From: Candidatus Latescibacterota bacterium
GTDB lineage: Bacteria > Latescibacterota > UBA2968 > UBA8231
Assembly: GCA_963422735.1 (NCBI GenBank)
Contig: OY730476.1
Span: forward strand, 2,880,001 to 2,944,000
Direction: 5' to 3'
DNA length: 64,000 bases
Of this stretch, positions 40,753 to 50,786 are shown piece after piece. The notes under the pieces were generated by a model. The model searched no databases. It was not told the origin of the DNA and saw nothing but the letters and a program-made list of their open reading frames with translations. The position numbers and the translations under genes were made by a program. Every line of letters starts with the position of its first letter. Within the stretch, counting starts at the first letter, position 1.

Positions 40753-41400
40753 TTAAATCGGAGTGCGGAAGCGCGCGGCCAACAAGCGGTATGCCACCTG
40801 AGAGCCAAAGCGCCCCAAGAGCAAAATTAACAAGCCCAAGTGCAAATGAGCGCTCAAGTCCAAGCGGCCAAAGGCCCCCGCGCGCACGAAATCCGGGCTG
40901 ACGTTTATTTGTACCTTTCCCTCGTGCGCTGCAACCGCCTGTAAATAGCCGTAGATTCGCCCGGTTTGGGCCGGGTTGGCAAAGCCTAAGCAGCCCTGGA
41001 TCCGCAGCCTTTTGAGCCGAACGGTGCGCGGCAGGCTCGCCAATAGCCTCAGGCTGGGCCTAATCAGCAGGCGCACGAGCGAGCGCAGGTTTCGCTCGCT
41101 GGCTTTGGGCGCGGCCTCTTGCTTGGCTCGTCGCCGCGCTCTTTGCCTGCGCTTCACTTGGGTCCGCAGCGGCAGCGAGAGGTACGGCAGGAATTGGCCC
41201 AAGAGCACGGGCGCGATACAAAGGCCCTTGGGGCCCCATCGCAGACCAAGCCCTAGTCCTCCCCAAAAAAAGGACAGCCGCACACCCCATTCCCAAGACT
41301 CCGGGAGACCCTCGCGCCGGCAGCGCAAGGCAAGGGCCATAGGGGCACACAGCGCGCCGAGGCCAAGCGCACCGAGCGCGGGGAATAGCCAGTCTAGCAT
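40753..41400 (-). CDS. DUF2953 (YtfI-like) membrane protein
   Basis: LGFANPAQTG.IYG...PDF motif. Directly upstream of the YtfJ-like gene. Confidence 0.75.
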   Translation of the reverse strand: MLDWLFPALGALGLGALCAPMALALRCRREGLPESWEWGVRLSFFWGGLGLGLRWGPKGLCIAPVLLGQFLPYLSLPLRTQVKRRQRARRRAKQEAAPKASERNLRSLVRLLIRPSLRLLASLPRTVRLKRLRIQGCLGFANPAQTGRIYGYLQAVAAHEGKVQINVSPDFVRAGAFGRLDLSAHLHLGLLILLLGRFGSQVAYRLLAARFRTPI

Positions 41401-41516
41401 GAAGGGGGGCGCGGCTTTTGCTGCCACGCCGCGTTCCAATCCGTACGTCTGCTAAACTGCACGACGGCGAACAAGGTGACAAAGCACAACAGAATGACCT
41501 GCTAGGGCGGTTGGAT

Positions 41517-41786
41517 TCAGCCGGGCAAGCGAGTCAAAATCAGCGTTTCGAGCGCAAGAAGAGTTGTTAGTTGGATGCCAACAACCCAACGGGTCAACGT
41601 GTCGATGCGTCGGTTGGCGGCGACGAACTCTCGTTGCATGTCTTGGCGTAGCTCGCCAATCGCTCGCTCAACGCTATCTATCCGCTTCTCAATGCCGTCC
41701 AGTCGGCGGTCTAACTGCTCGACGATACCCTCCAAGCGGCCAATGCGCCGGTCGTGCTCTTGGGCTTGCGTGATGGGGTAGGGCAT
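41517..41786 (-). CDS. Small coiled-coil protein with C-terminal hydrophobic anchor
   Basis: Heptad LEGIVEQLDRRLDGIEKRIDSVE, then WVVGIQLTTLLAL. GGAG RBS. Confidence 0.65.
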   Translation of the reverse strand: MPYPITQAQEHDRRIGRLEGIVEQLDRRLDGIEKRIDSVERAIGELRQDMQREFVAANRRIDTLTRWVVGIQLTTLLALETLILTRLPG

Positions 41787-41898
41787 GTTCTGCGTCTCCT
41801 TGTGTGAGCCAAGGCACAGCGGTCAAGCTAGTTTACAACCTATCGGAGCGCGCTGGTTCAGTCAAGCCTTTCTACGGATGCGAACAGGGGCTTCAGCC

Positions 41899-41927
41899 TT
41901 GACAGCACCCTCGTCGTACGTTAGGCT
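41899..41927 (+). promoter_or_regulatory. Sigma70-type promoter
   Basis: TTGACA-17 bp-TAGGCT upstream of 42020. Confidence 0.6.
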
Positions 41928-42019
41928 TGGATTAGACGTAAGTTACAGTTAAAAAGTAAGTTAGGCTTTTTTTCGCCAAGGGGTCAAGCACCCAGTAACA
42001 GCGACGAAGGACGAACCGA

Positions 42020-43810
42020 ATGGCAACCCGAGGGACAGTAGGAAGGCGCGGCCTTCAGGGCGGAGAGGGCGCGGGCAGCTATGGCAGTTATTGGCGTGGG
42101 TTAGGGGTGGTCGTCGCGCTGTGGGCGGCCGTGGTGCCAGCGGGTGCCCGCTCGACGCTCAGTGTACGCCTAGACCAGCCGACGATTGCCGGGCCTGCGT
42201 TGTATCAGCAGTCCATCCTCTACTTGCACTACTTTCCCGGCGATGGCGAAGCCATAGTCAGCGCGGAGCTAAGGTGCCTTGGGAACGCACGGTTGCAGAA
42301 CGTGCGCTCGGCACTAGGCAAGGCGCAGCTAGCGGAGGCGTCCGTCGGCATAGACTATGCGGCGCGGCCGGTGGCCGGGGAACGCATCGACACCCTCTAC
42401 ATTGACCTAGTCGCCGCTGAGGTGAAAAAAATCGGCTGGTTCGCGGCGATCTACTCCTCGCTCGACCCACAGGGCACTCCGGCCCACCAGATCGAATTCG
42501 ACCTAGTAGTGCGCCCGCCGCCCGCCGTTTCTTGGTCAATTGAGCCGCAGCGGGTCTATCAGGGCGAGCGCTTTGACTTGCGAACGATTGTGCGCTTTGA
42601 CGGTGCATCGGGGGCACCCTTAGAAGAGCTGAGCTGGAACTGGCCGCCGGAACTGAGCTGGCCGAAAGGCGACGCCCCGCAGCACTGGGAGGGCAGCTTG
42701 GCCGCCGGACAGTCCGACACGCTCTCTTGGGCGGTGCGCGTGGCACCAACCCACCTCGGCCCCCTGCCGTTGGCGGTCACTGCTCGGGTCTCCGGCCAGA
42801 GCCCAGTGGACTTGGCGACCCAGCACTTGCAGGTAGATCCGCTGCCCGTAATGGCGTTGGAACCTGGATTTATTATGGCGGCGGAGCCTGGATTTATGGA
42901 GGTGGGCAAGCGCGGGCCAATCACCTGTATATGGCGCAACGAGAGCGCCGACCCCATTGGTCTTGCGGCCCTGCGCCTGCAAGTTGCGCCGGCGTTCTCG
43001 GATGTCTCCTTGGTAGAAGGGCCGCTGGGCGCAGCGCTCATGCAGAGCGACGAGGACGCCGCGCCCAGCTTACTGGTGAGCGGCTTGGATAGCTTAGGTG
43101 CGGGTGCGGCGATCCGGGTGACGCTCGAAGCGGTGCCTCAGCGTCCAGGGCCTTTTACTTGGCAGAGTGCCTGTAAGCCCTTGGGGCGGGAGCACTTCAT
43201 CCCCCTGCGCGGAGCGAACACGGTCCGCGTGGTGTGGAAAGCAACGGCCCAAGCCCAAGGCGGCGCAAAGCAAACGCCCACGGACTTGCAGTTGATCAAC
43301 CAAGCCTTTGTCCTAGCCCTAGACCACCAAATGGATGCCCTGCCCCTATCTCCGGGCACGCGGCTTTTCCTACGGGCCGAGGACCACAAGAACGAGGCCA
43401 ATTGGGTCGTCGAGGACGCCCTGATCGAGACATTGCAGAGGCGGGGCTATCAGGTGCTCGTGCGCCAGCCGGGAGACGCGCCAGCCGACGTGTTCTACTA
43501 TCGGCTAGTCAGGGCACGAGTGATGTACTCGCCGACACCCCGGCGGCTACTCTCCTGGGGCAACCAACAGCGGCGCGAGGCGTATGGCGATCTCTTTCTC
43601 AGAGTCGAAACAACTGCCGACCGCATCGTGCGCTGGGACCGCCGCGTCCAAGCCTATAGCTCGGACATGGTGCCCAAGGGGTTGCACGAGGTCTTAGGCG
43701 GGGGCGACATGGTCGAACAAATGGTACTCAAACCAGAAAACAAGGCCATCGTGCGCGGCCTATCGGCCGGCATTCTCGGCGGGCTGTTCTACATCTTCTT
43801 CGTTTTGTGA
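42020..43810 (+). CDS. Hypothetical exported protein with beta-sandwich-like repeats and C-terminal hydrophobic tail
   Basis: 596-aa ORF with signal-like segment and terminal GILGGLFYIFFVL. No family recognised. Confidence 0.6.
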   Translation: MATRGTVGRRGLQGGEGAGSYGSYWRGLGVVVALWAAVVPAGARSTLSVRLDQPTIAGPALYQQSILYLHYFPGDGEAIVSAELRCLGNARLQNVRSALGKAQLAEASVGIDYAARPVAGERIDTLYIDLVAAEVKKIGWFAAIYSSLDPQGTPAHQIEFDLVVRPPPAVSWSIEPQRVYQGERFDLRTIVRFDGASGAPLEELSWNWPPELSWPKGDAPQHWEGSLAAGQSDTLSWAVRVAPTHLGPLPLAVTARVSGQSPVDLATQHLQVDPLPVMALEPGFIMAAEPGFMEVGKRGPITCIWRNESADPIGLAALRLQVAPAFSDVSLVEGPLGAALMQSDEDAAPSLLVSGLDSLGAGAAIRVTLEAVPQRPGPFTWQSACKPLGREHFIPLRGANTVRVVWKATAQAQGGAKQTPTDLQLINQAFVLALDHQMDALPLSPGTRLFLRAEDHKNEANWVVEDALIETLQRRGYQVLVRQPGDAPADVFYYRLVRARVMYSPTPRRLLSWGNQQRREAYGDLFLRVETTADRIVRWDRRVQAYSSDMVPKGLHEVLGGGDMVEQMVLKPENKAIVRGLSAGILGGLFYIFFVL

Positions 43811-43813
43811 TCT

Positions 43814-46048
43814 TCAAAACCTCTGGATGTGCCCCGGGTCCTGCTCTTGGGCCCGTCCGTGCTGAGGGCATGTGCTCGGCAGGACCTCGCCAGCGATAAA
43901 AATATCCTCTCGCTTTTCGGGACAAAAGCGGGTGGCGATCTTGTAGGTGTCGTTGCAGACCGCGCGGCGCACTACGAGGTCCTCTGGGTACTCAAACCCG
44001 CGGTTTCTCAGGCTGCGATAGGGTTCCACGCTCGCATACGCCTCCTTCATAAACTCCGCCCACAAAGGCAGGGCCGCCGTAGAGCCAGCCTGCTTCGGCC
44101 ACAGACGCAGGCTGGGGTCGTCTATCCCGACCCAGACCCCCGCTACGAGATGGGGTGTAAAGCCGATGAACCACGCATCTGTGTAGTCGTTAGTCGTGCC
44201 GGTTTTGCCGGCAGCTTGGGGCCGGAAGTCGTAGCGTGTGCGGATGCGGCGTCCGGTGCCGCCGACTTCGTCGACGGCCGAGCGCAGCATATCCGCGACT
44301 ATCACGGCCACGGCCGGCCGCAGCACCTCCTGCTTACGACCGCTTTCTCGCGTAAAAAAGACGTTTCCATCCTTGCTCTCCAAGCGGCTGATGGCCATAG
44401 GCTCGACGTAGATACCCTTATTGGGAAATACCGCGTACGCAGCCACCAAGTCGAGGAGTAGCACCTCGCTGGTGCCAACGCCGATGGAGGGGATGGCTTG
44501 GATGGGCGTGGATATGCCCATGTTGCGGGCATAGCTCCGAATCAGGGGTGGGCCGAGTTCGTCGGCCAGCTTGATGGAGATGAGGTTGCGCGACTGTTTC
44601 AGTCCGTCGCGCAGCGTCATCGGCCCCTTGAATTTCTTGTCGTAGTTCTCGGGGCCCCAAAACTTTTCGCGTCTGTGGTCCCAGAGCGTAAAGGCATTGT
44701 CGTCGAGTACGTCCACTGCAAAGCGGTTGTTGTCGATGGCGGCCGTGTACACAAAGGGCTTGAACGCGGACCCAGGCTGCCGCTTAGCTTGGGTGGCGCG
44801 GTTGAATTTGCTGCGGCTGAAGTCGCGGCCCCCAATCATGGCCAAGATGTGGCCGGTGGCTGGATCTATGGCCACGAAGGCGGCTTGGACTACGGCCGAG
44901 TCGCGCACACTCCGGGACGCGCCTGTGTCCGCTAGGTACTGATCCACTTTTTTCTGCACCTTGCTTATTTCAACAGCAAAGTGCTTTTCGGCGATCTGCT
45001 GCAAGCGCGAGTCGAGCGTAGTGTGGACCACAAAGCCCTCGCGATAGATTGCCATGCCAAACTCGCGCTGCATCTGCTGGCGGACGTACTCGACAAAGTA
45101 CGGGGCTATGCCATACGTCTCCTCGCGACTACCCCTGCGGGCGGCTATGGGTTCGTTGCGGAGGGAATCGCGCTTAGCTGGCGTAATCGCGCCGTTGTCG
45201 GCCATGCTGTACAGCACCAGATTGCGTTGCTTGCGGGCGCGTTCGGGGTGGCGCAGAGGGCTATAACTATTCGGTCTCGGGAGCAGCCCGACGAGCAAGG
45301 CATTCTCTTCGAGCGCGAGTTGATCGACTTCGCTGTCAAAGTACAGGCGCGCCGCTGACTTAATCCCGTAGGCACCGTGACCGAAATAGACCGTGTTGAG
45401 GTACATAGTCATGATCTCGGGCTTAGTGTACAGGCGCTCAATTAAGACAGCGGTGATCTGTTCGCGGATCTTGCGCGCGTATGTGGCCGCCACATCCGCA
45501 AAGGAAGCGCTGCTGCGCTGCTTGCCGATCTCAGTGAAGCTATTGCGGGCGAGCTGCTGGGTGAGCGTACTGGCCCCTTGACCGACGAGACGCCGGTCCT
45601 TGAGATTGGCCAGCAGCGATCCGGGGATGCGGTAGATGTCGATGCCCCAATGCGAGGAGAAGCGCCGGTCCTCAGCCGCGAGGAGGGCGGCCTGCATGGA
45701 TGCGGGGATTTCTTCATAGGTGACGATTTCGCGATTTTCTTCGAGGAAGTCCTGCAAGTGGCGACCATCGGCCGAATACACGTTGGTGACCCGTTTGGGC
45801 CGAAAGCTCCAAGCGTCAATGTCGGGCAAGTTGTCGTTGAAAATCAGATAGCCACTCAAGCCGACAACGGCGTACAAGGCGAAGAAGCAAGCAGTATAGA
45901 GCAGCAGCCTCTTGAGCAGTGAAAGACTAACCGCGCGTTTTGCCCCTTCTATTACCCTGCCCAGAAGCTCTTTATTCATATTGAGCAGTAAGAGGCTAAC
46001 CGCACGTTTCGCTCTTTCTACTATCCTGCCCAGAAGCTCTTTATTCAT
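43814..46048 (-). CDS. Class A penicillin-binding protein (PBP1A family)
   Basis: AEDRRF..H.G, QGASTLTQQLARN, RKIRE, YLNTVYFG, RQPGSAFKPF (SxxK), SRN, KTGT. Confidence 0.95.
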   Translation of the reverse strand: MNKELLGRIVERAKRAVSLLLLNMNKELLGRVIEGAKRAVSLSLLKRLLLYTACFFALYAVVGLSGYLIFNDNLPDIDAWSFRPKRVTNVYSADGRHLQDFLEENREIVTYEEIPASMQAALLAAEDRRFSSHWGIDIYRIPGSLLANLKDRRLVGQGASTLTQQLARNSFTEIGKQRSSASFADVAATYARKIREQITAVLIERLYTKPEIMTMYLNTVYFGHGAYGIKSAARLYFDSEVDQLALEENALLVGLLPRPNSYSPLRHPERARKQRNLVLYSMADNGAITPAKRDSLRNEPIAARRGSREETYGIAPYFVEYVRQQMQREFGMAIYREGFVVHTTLDSRLQQIAEKHFAVEISKVQKKVDQYLADTGASRSVRDSAVVQAAFVAIDPATGHILAMIGGRDFSRSKFNRATQAKRQPGSAFKPFVYTAAIDNNRFAVDVLDDNAFTLWDHRREKFWGPENYDKKFKGPMTLRDGLKQSRNLISIKLADELGPPLIRSYARNMGISTPIQAIPSIGVGTSEVLLLDLVAAYAVFPNKGIYVEPMAISRLESKDGNVFFTRESGRKQEVLRPAVAVIVADMLRSAVDEVGGTGRRIRTRYDFRPQAAGKTGTTNDYTDAWFIGFTPHLVAGVWVGIDDPSLRLWPKQAGSTAALPLWAEFMKEAYASVEPYRSLRNRGFEYPEDLVVRRAVCNDTYKIATRFCPEKREDIFIAGEVLPSTCPQHGRAQEQDPGHIQRF
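45911..46048 (-). repeat. 69-bp tandem duplication at the PBP1A 5' end
   Basis: MNKELLGRIVERAKRAVSLLLLN / MNKELLGRVIEGAKRAVSLSLLK; 10 of 69 nt differ. Confidence 0.93.
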
Positions 46049-49000
46049 AGTAGCCCTTGACCGCGCGCGTGTTGTATTCCTGCAAATACTCTAGGTGCGC
46101 GCTGGTTTGCGGGTAGTGCTCGCGCACTGGGTACGGGTAGCCGGACATGCCGTGAAAGGGGAGCGGTCCGACCGTTAGCGAGTGCGCCGAGTGCAGGTCC
46201 ATATCTTTGCCAAAGCCATCGGCGTACAGCAGGAACGAGCGCACGAGACCAGCCGCGGGCGGCGGCAAGGCGGCGAATTCTACGGTCAGCTCGTCGCCGT
46301 GGAACATGATGACAAAGCGGTCATCAATGCCCTCGACCAGTTCTTCCACCGGGCCGAAGCGGGTGAAAGCCCCGCTGTGGGTACCCCAAGGCGCTTCTAA
46401 CTCCAATTGGTCGTAGTGGTAGCGAAAGGCAAAGGTGCCCTTGACAGCCGTGTGGGCCGGGTAGCCTCGCCAGTGGAGGTCGCTCCGCGCCGGTTGCCGG
46501 CGGTGGACCGCGAGGGGAATATCCGCAGCGTCGCCCACCAGAAATTGGTCCCAGTAGAGCGCAGTGTTGGTTTCGATCCGCAGCTGGTAATCGTCGGAGG
46601 GAAAAAGGCCCTTGAGATCGAATAGCGCGTGTTTGGGCAGGCCCGCCGGGCAACCCATATCCGCGCTGACTTCGACCCACCCCCCTTTGCCGTCGGCCAC
46701 CGACAGACGCGGCGGATACAGCGACAAGCCGCGCTGTGCGGCGCTCCAATTCGAGGTCGAATGCGCGTAATCGACCCAGCCATAGCCGAGCAAGACCGGA
46801 TGGGCAAATTCGGACAGGTCGCCCAAGCTCAGCTCTAGCGCATGGTCTTCGGCATAGCCGTGAATATCGAGCCGGTCAAACCCGTCGTACCACTCGTCGT
46901 CGATCTCTTGCAGGACGGCCAACACATCCGCGCCCCGGTGGTCGCGGGCGGCCACAGGCGGGCGCAGCCCCCGAAGGGGATATAGCTTGAATTCTGGATA
47001 GGGCGGCGCAGAGAGCAGACGCTCGTTGGGATATACGTCGAACTCGGGCGGATGATCGACGGCGATCAGTTCGAGGGCATCGACGTAAATGACTTCTTCT
47101 AGCTGATTGGCTAGCTGCAAGACATAGCGGCCATCTTTGGGAGCCAGCGGCCCCAAGCGGACGTACTCGTCGGTGTCGGGCTGATAATACTGGCCCGGGG
47201 CGGTCAAATAGCCAATAATGGCCCCCCCGAGAATGTCGGTGACAAAGCGATAGCGCTCGCCGTCCCAAGCGTAGAGGATGGGGCACGAGGTGCCCTTGCG
47301 GTCGAGTTCTGTCAGCTCCAGCCTCTGTCCGGCCCCGGTGGCCAACTCGGTCTGACGCACGCCCCCGGGCCAAAGGATGCGAATGAATTCGACCGAGTCG
47401 CTCTGCGCCAAGCCAAAGTGGAGCACACCCGCGTATCCCTCGCTGCGGATCTCGCGCTTCTGGAGACGGTGGGTGGTTTTCACCTCCACCTTGGCCCCGA
47501 CGCCGTCGCGGTTGCTGTTAAGCCCTTGGGCGGCGATCTCAATATAGTGCCCCCCCTCGCTTTGGTTGTGCAGGACCCGGCCACCTGTCCAAATATCCAC
47601 GCGGCCGTCGCCGTTGAAATCGGCCATGAGCGCAACCCCACCCGGCTCGTCGAGCAAAGGTTGCGGCTGGAACTGGCCGCTGCCGTACGCGAGCGGTTGC
47701 AGGTGCTCGTCCCCACAGGCGAGTAGGTCGAGGTCGCCGTCGTTGTCGAGATCGGCGGGAAGCAGTGCCCGCCCACCGGAGGCAACCGGTGTCTCGGCCC
47801 GGACGAAGGCGCGGCCGGCTCGGTTGACATGCGTCTCTATAGTGCCGCTGGCCGCGATAGCCAAGTCCATATAGCCATCTTGGTTGAAGTCCTCGACGGC
47901 CAAGCCCGCGCCCTGCACTGCGCCCAAACCCAAAGCGGCGGCGATTTCCGAGAACGTGCCGTCGCGATTGTTGGTATGGACTTGCAGGCCCTCGGCCGAT
48001 AGGAGGACCATATCTACGTCGCGGTCGTTGTCGAGGTCGGAAAATGCAGCGAGATCGGCCGCGACCGGACCGGCTGGTTGGCCCGTGGCGGCGAAACGGG
48101 CCTCCCCGTCGTTGGCTAGCAGCGAGACGCTCGGGCCGAGCACTAGCAGATCGAGGTCGCCGTCGTGGTCGGCATCGCCCAGCGCGATACCGGTCGAGGC
48201 CACGGACAGATCCTCTCCGGCGGCCCATTCTCCATTAGCCGCTCGGTAGAGCAGAGTTCCGCCCGCTCCACTGAGGACCAAGTCGGCGGCCCCGTCGTTA
48301 TCGAGGTCGCCGGAGATCGCGCCAATCGCCCCAAAGCCGTCGGGTACCGTCGGAGCAGTGAGCACTTCCGCTGTGCTGCCAGCATACAGGTGCAAGCCCT
48401 CGGCCCCGGCCAAGACATCCGGCCGGCCATCCGCGTCAAAGTCGCCCAAGGCGGCAAAGCGCACCGGGCCGGTCGCCGGGCCATCCGCAGCGAATGCAAA
48501 AGGCCCAGCCACGTCGTCCTGACTCGGATCGCCGCCACCGGCGTCGGCGACGGCCTCGGCGTACTTGCCCTGCCCCTGATAGGACGAAGAAACGCCTTGG
48601 TGGCCGGCTTGGCTGAGCTTGTTGAAGTGCTCCAAGGTGCTTTTCCACTCCTCCTCGCGCCCGAGCCGCCGGTAGAGATTGGCCAGCCCATAGTACGCCG
48701 ACACGTTGTAGGGATCGAGGCGGATGGCCTCCTCAAAGTCGGCGATAGCGGCCTCGCCCTCGTTTAGCTTAGTCCGCGTTTGCCCCATGTAGTAGCGCAC
48801 ATGGGGGTCGTCGCGGTCGGCGGCTGCCACTTTTTGCAAGGCGGCGAGTGCTTTGTCGTGCTCCCGGCCTTGGGCATTGTAGATCAGGCCCAGCGCGTAG
48901 TTGGCGTGGAGAAGATCGGGGTCGATGGCAAGGGCGGTTTGCAGGGCCGTGGCGGCGCTGTCGTACTTGCCGAGGGCATAGTACGCAATGCCTAGATTGG

Positions 49001-49229
49001 CCCGTGCATTAGCGTAATCCGGGGCCAAGGCGAGGGCGAGGGCAAATTCCTCTCGGCCACGCGTGTAGTTGTGTTGATCCATATAAACCACGCCCTGATT
49101 GTTGTGCCAGCGCGCCTTGGGAGGCCGAGCCGGCGATCCCTCGGGCAGCCCCTGCTGACAGGCCATTCCCAAGAGGGTCACGGAGAGAAACAACAGCACT
49201 TGACGCACCTTGACGCTTGTACGGGGCAT
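46041..49229 (-). CDS. TPR + FG-GAP + ASPIC/UnbV (CRTAC1-like) lipoprotein
   Basis: LGMAC lipobox; N-terminal TPRs; multiple DxDxDGDxD; NRDGVGAKV, LHFGL, SCP.LYAWDG. The track's N-terminal extension overlaps the tRNA and is rejected. Confidence 0.88.
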   Translation of the reverse strand: MPRTSVKVRQVLLFLSVTLLGMACQQGLPEGSPARPPKARWHNNQGVVYMDQHNYTRGREEFALALALAPDYANARANLGIAYYALGKYDSAATALQTALAIDPDLLHANYALGLIYNAQGREHDKALAALQKVAAADRDDPHVRYYMGQTRTKLNEGEAAIADFEEAIRLDPYNVSAYYGLANLYRRLGREEEWKSTLEHFNKLSQAGHQGVSSSYQGQGKYAEAVADAGGGDPSQDDVAGPFAFAADGPATGPVRFAALGDFDADGRPDVLAGAEGLHLYAGSTAEVLTAPTVPDGFGAIGAISGDLDNDGAADLVLSGAGGTLLYRAANGEWAAGEDLSVASTGIALGDADHDGDLDLLVLGPSVSLLANDGEARFAATGQPAGPVAADLAAFSDLDNDRDVDMVLLSAEGLQVHTNNRDGTFSEIAAALGLGAVQGAGLAVEDFNQDGYMDLAIAASGTIETHVNRAGRAFVRAETPVASGGRALLPADLDNDGDLDLLACGDEHLQPLAYGSGQFQPQPLLDEPGGVALMADFNGDGRVDIWTGGRVLHNQSEGGHYIEIAAQGLNSNRDGVGAKVEVKTTHRLQKREIRSEGYAGVLHFGLAQSDSVEFIRILWPGGVRQTELATGAGQRLELTELDRKGTSCPILYAWDGERYRFVTDILGGAIIGYLTAPGQYYQPDTDEYVRLGPLAPKDGRYVLQLANQLEEVIYVDALELIAVDHPPEFDVYPNERLLSAPPYPEFKLYPLRGLRPPVAARDHRGADVLAVLQEIDDEWYDGFDRLDIHGYAEDHALELSLGDLSEFAHPVLLGYGWVDYAHSTSNWSAAQRGLSLYPPRLSVADGKGGWVEVSADMGCPAGLPKHALFDLKGLFPSDDYQLRIETNTALYWDQFLVGDAADIPLAVHRRQPARSDLHWRGYPAHTAVKGTFAFRYHYDQLELEAPWGTHSGAFTRFGPVEELVEGIDDRFVIMFHGDELTVEFAALPPPAAGLVRSFLLYADGFGKDMDLHSAHSLTVGPLPFHGMSGYPYPVREHYPQTSAHLEYLQEYNTRAVKGYYE

Positions 49230-49238
49230 GGTTATATT
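49210..49238 (+). promoter_or_regulatory. Sigma70-type promoter for the tRNA
   Basis: TTGACG-17 bp-TATATT, 30 bp upstream of the tRNA. Confidence 0.6.
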
Positions 49239-49268
49239 TTTTCTCCTTCCATAGCGATCAATTTTTGA

Positions 49269-49344
49269 GCGAGAGTAGCTCAGTTGGTAGAGCTCCACGT
49301 TGCCAACGTGGTTGTCGCGGGTTCGAGTCCCGTCTCTCGCTCCA
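49269..49344 (+). tRNA. tRNA-Gly(GCC)
   Basis: 76 nt; acceptor GCGAGAG/CTCTCGC; AGCTCAGTTGGTAGAGC D-arm; CCACG-TTGCCAA-CGTGG anticodon arm; GGTTCGAGTCC T-arm; TCCA end. Confidence 0.98.
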
Positions 49345-49445
49345 TTTTTTTGCCTCAACCTCCATTTCAATAATAATAGCTAAAACCCCCATTGAGAAAA
49401 GGCTGACCCAGTCTTGAGTCGGGTCGAGTTATAGGGAATCCACGC

Positions 49446-50592
49446 TCAATTTCCAGAGGGATATGAGGTGCCACCCGCCGGGCCGGCAAAGCACTGGCCA
49501 AGACGGAACAAATCGCCCGGTGGGTTTTTGCGGTCCTCCAGGGAGTCGGCTATAACCGGTCCAATGGAGCCGCCGAATTTAAATCCGTGGCCGCTGCCAC
49601 AGCCGGCGATGAGAATCCCCCGCGCCATCGGGGCCCAGTCGATGACGAAGTGGTCGTCGGGCGTATTGGTGTACAGGCAGGCGCGGCCCCCCACCAGTCG
49701 GGCCCTTCCAAAACGGGCAGGTGCTGGGCGACAAAGGTGCGGGCTTGGTCGAGGAAGCTGGGGCTGGGTTGGCGCTCGGCCTCGGGCTCGGTGCACTCTA
49801 CTTTGCTGTCCTCGGCGATTTTGACGTACCCTTCGCGCAGCAGCGGGAAGCCGTACCAAGCCTCCTCGGGACTCAGCACTGTCCACACGGGAAACACCTT
49901 CTGGGCGAACGTTTCGGGCTCGGCCGGGGCCAAGAAGGCCATTTGCTGGCGCATTATGCACAGGTGGTCCTTTAGAGTGGGAAAAAGGCCACCACCCAAG
50001 CACCGGCGGCAACCACGACGCGGTCGAATAGAGGGCGCTCTGGCCCTGTGGCTAGGCGGATACCCCGGTCGGTCTCGGCCATGGCCTGCACAGGGGTGTG
50101 GGAGCGGATATCAACTCCTTGGTCCCGGGCCAGATCGGCCACGGCCTGACCGCTGCGCAAATAGCCGGACCAAGGATCGTAAAAGAGCGTGTCGTCGTCC
50201 TGCACGGCAAATTGGGGAAAGCATTGGCGGACCTGAGCCGGGCTCAGCACTTTGACCGCCTTCCTCCGCTGGCCCAGCGTCTATAGGCCGCGGCGATCCG
50301 GGCTGTCAGTGGGCAAATCGCCCCAGATATTGAGCTTGCCGGTCTGGTAATAGATGGCCCGGCTGAGCCGGTCGTGCCACCGGCACCACTAGTGCGCGGC
50401 CCGCTCGACCAGTTCGTGGTAGGTCTCCTCGGGGTAGCTGGTGCGGCGGATGACTTTGGACACATCGGTCGAGGAGGCATCCGGACAGGGGATGGGGCCG
50501 CGTTCAAAGAGGGTGACTTGGTGGCCCCGCCGGTTGAGTTCCAAGGCCGCGGCCAAGCCGAAAATGCCCGCTCCTACAATGCCGATGCGCAT
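49446..50592 (-). pseudogene. FAD-dependent oxidoreductase (sarcosine oxidase/DAO family), multiply frameshifted
   Basis: IVGAGIFG...ASSTDVSKVIR; VVVAAGAW; CLYTNTPDDHFVID...GSGHGFKFG, spread across several frames. Confidence 0.88.
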
Positions 50593-50786
50593 GGCTTCGT
50601 CTTCATTGCCTGCAAGGCCACGTGGATGTATCCGAAGGATGGCAAATCAGACTCGTTAATCGGCCTCAGAGACCGCCAGAGGATGAAGGTCAATCGGTCC
50701 TCCTCTACACGTCGGAGATAGCCGCCTAACGTTTTGTTGAACCGAGAATCCCTAGATCAAGACGACCAACGCGCCCAAACAGCTTC

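Noticed and set aside
49230-49370. N-terminal extension of the 1109-aa ORF
   Set aside because: It is the antisense of tRNA-Gly; the lipoprotein signal begins after 49229.
49345-50780. Genomic island integrated at tRNA-Gly
   Set aside because: I found no integrase and no repeat of the tRNA 3' end in the window.
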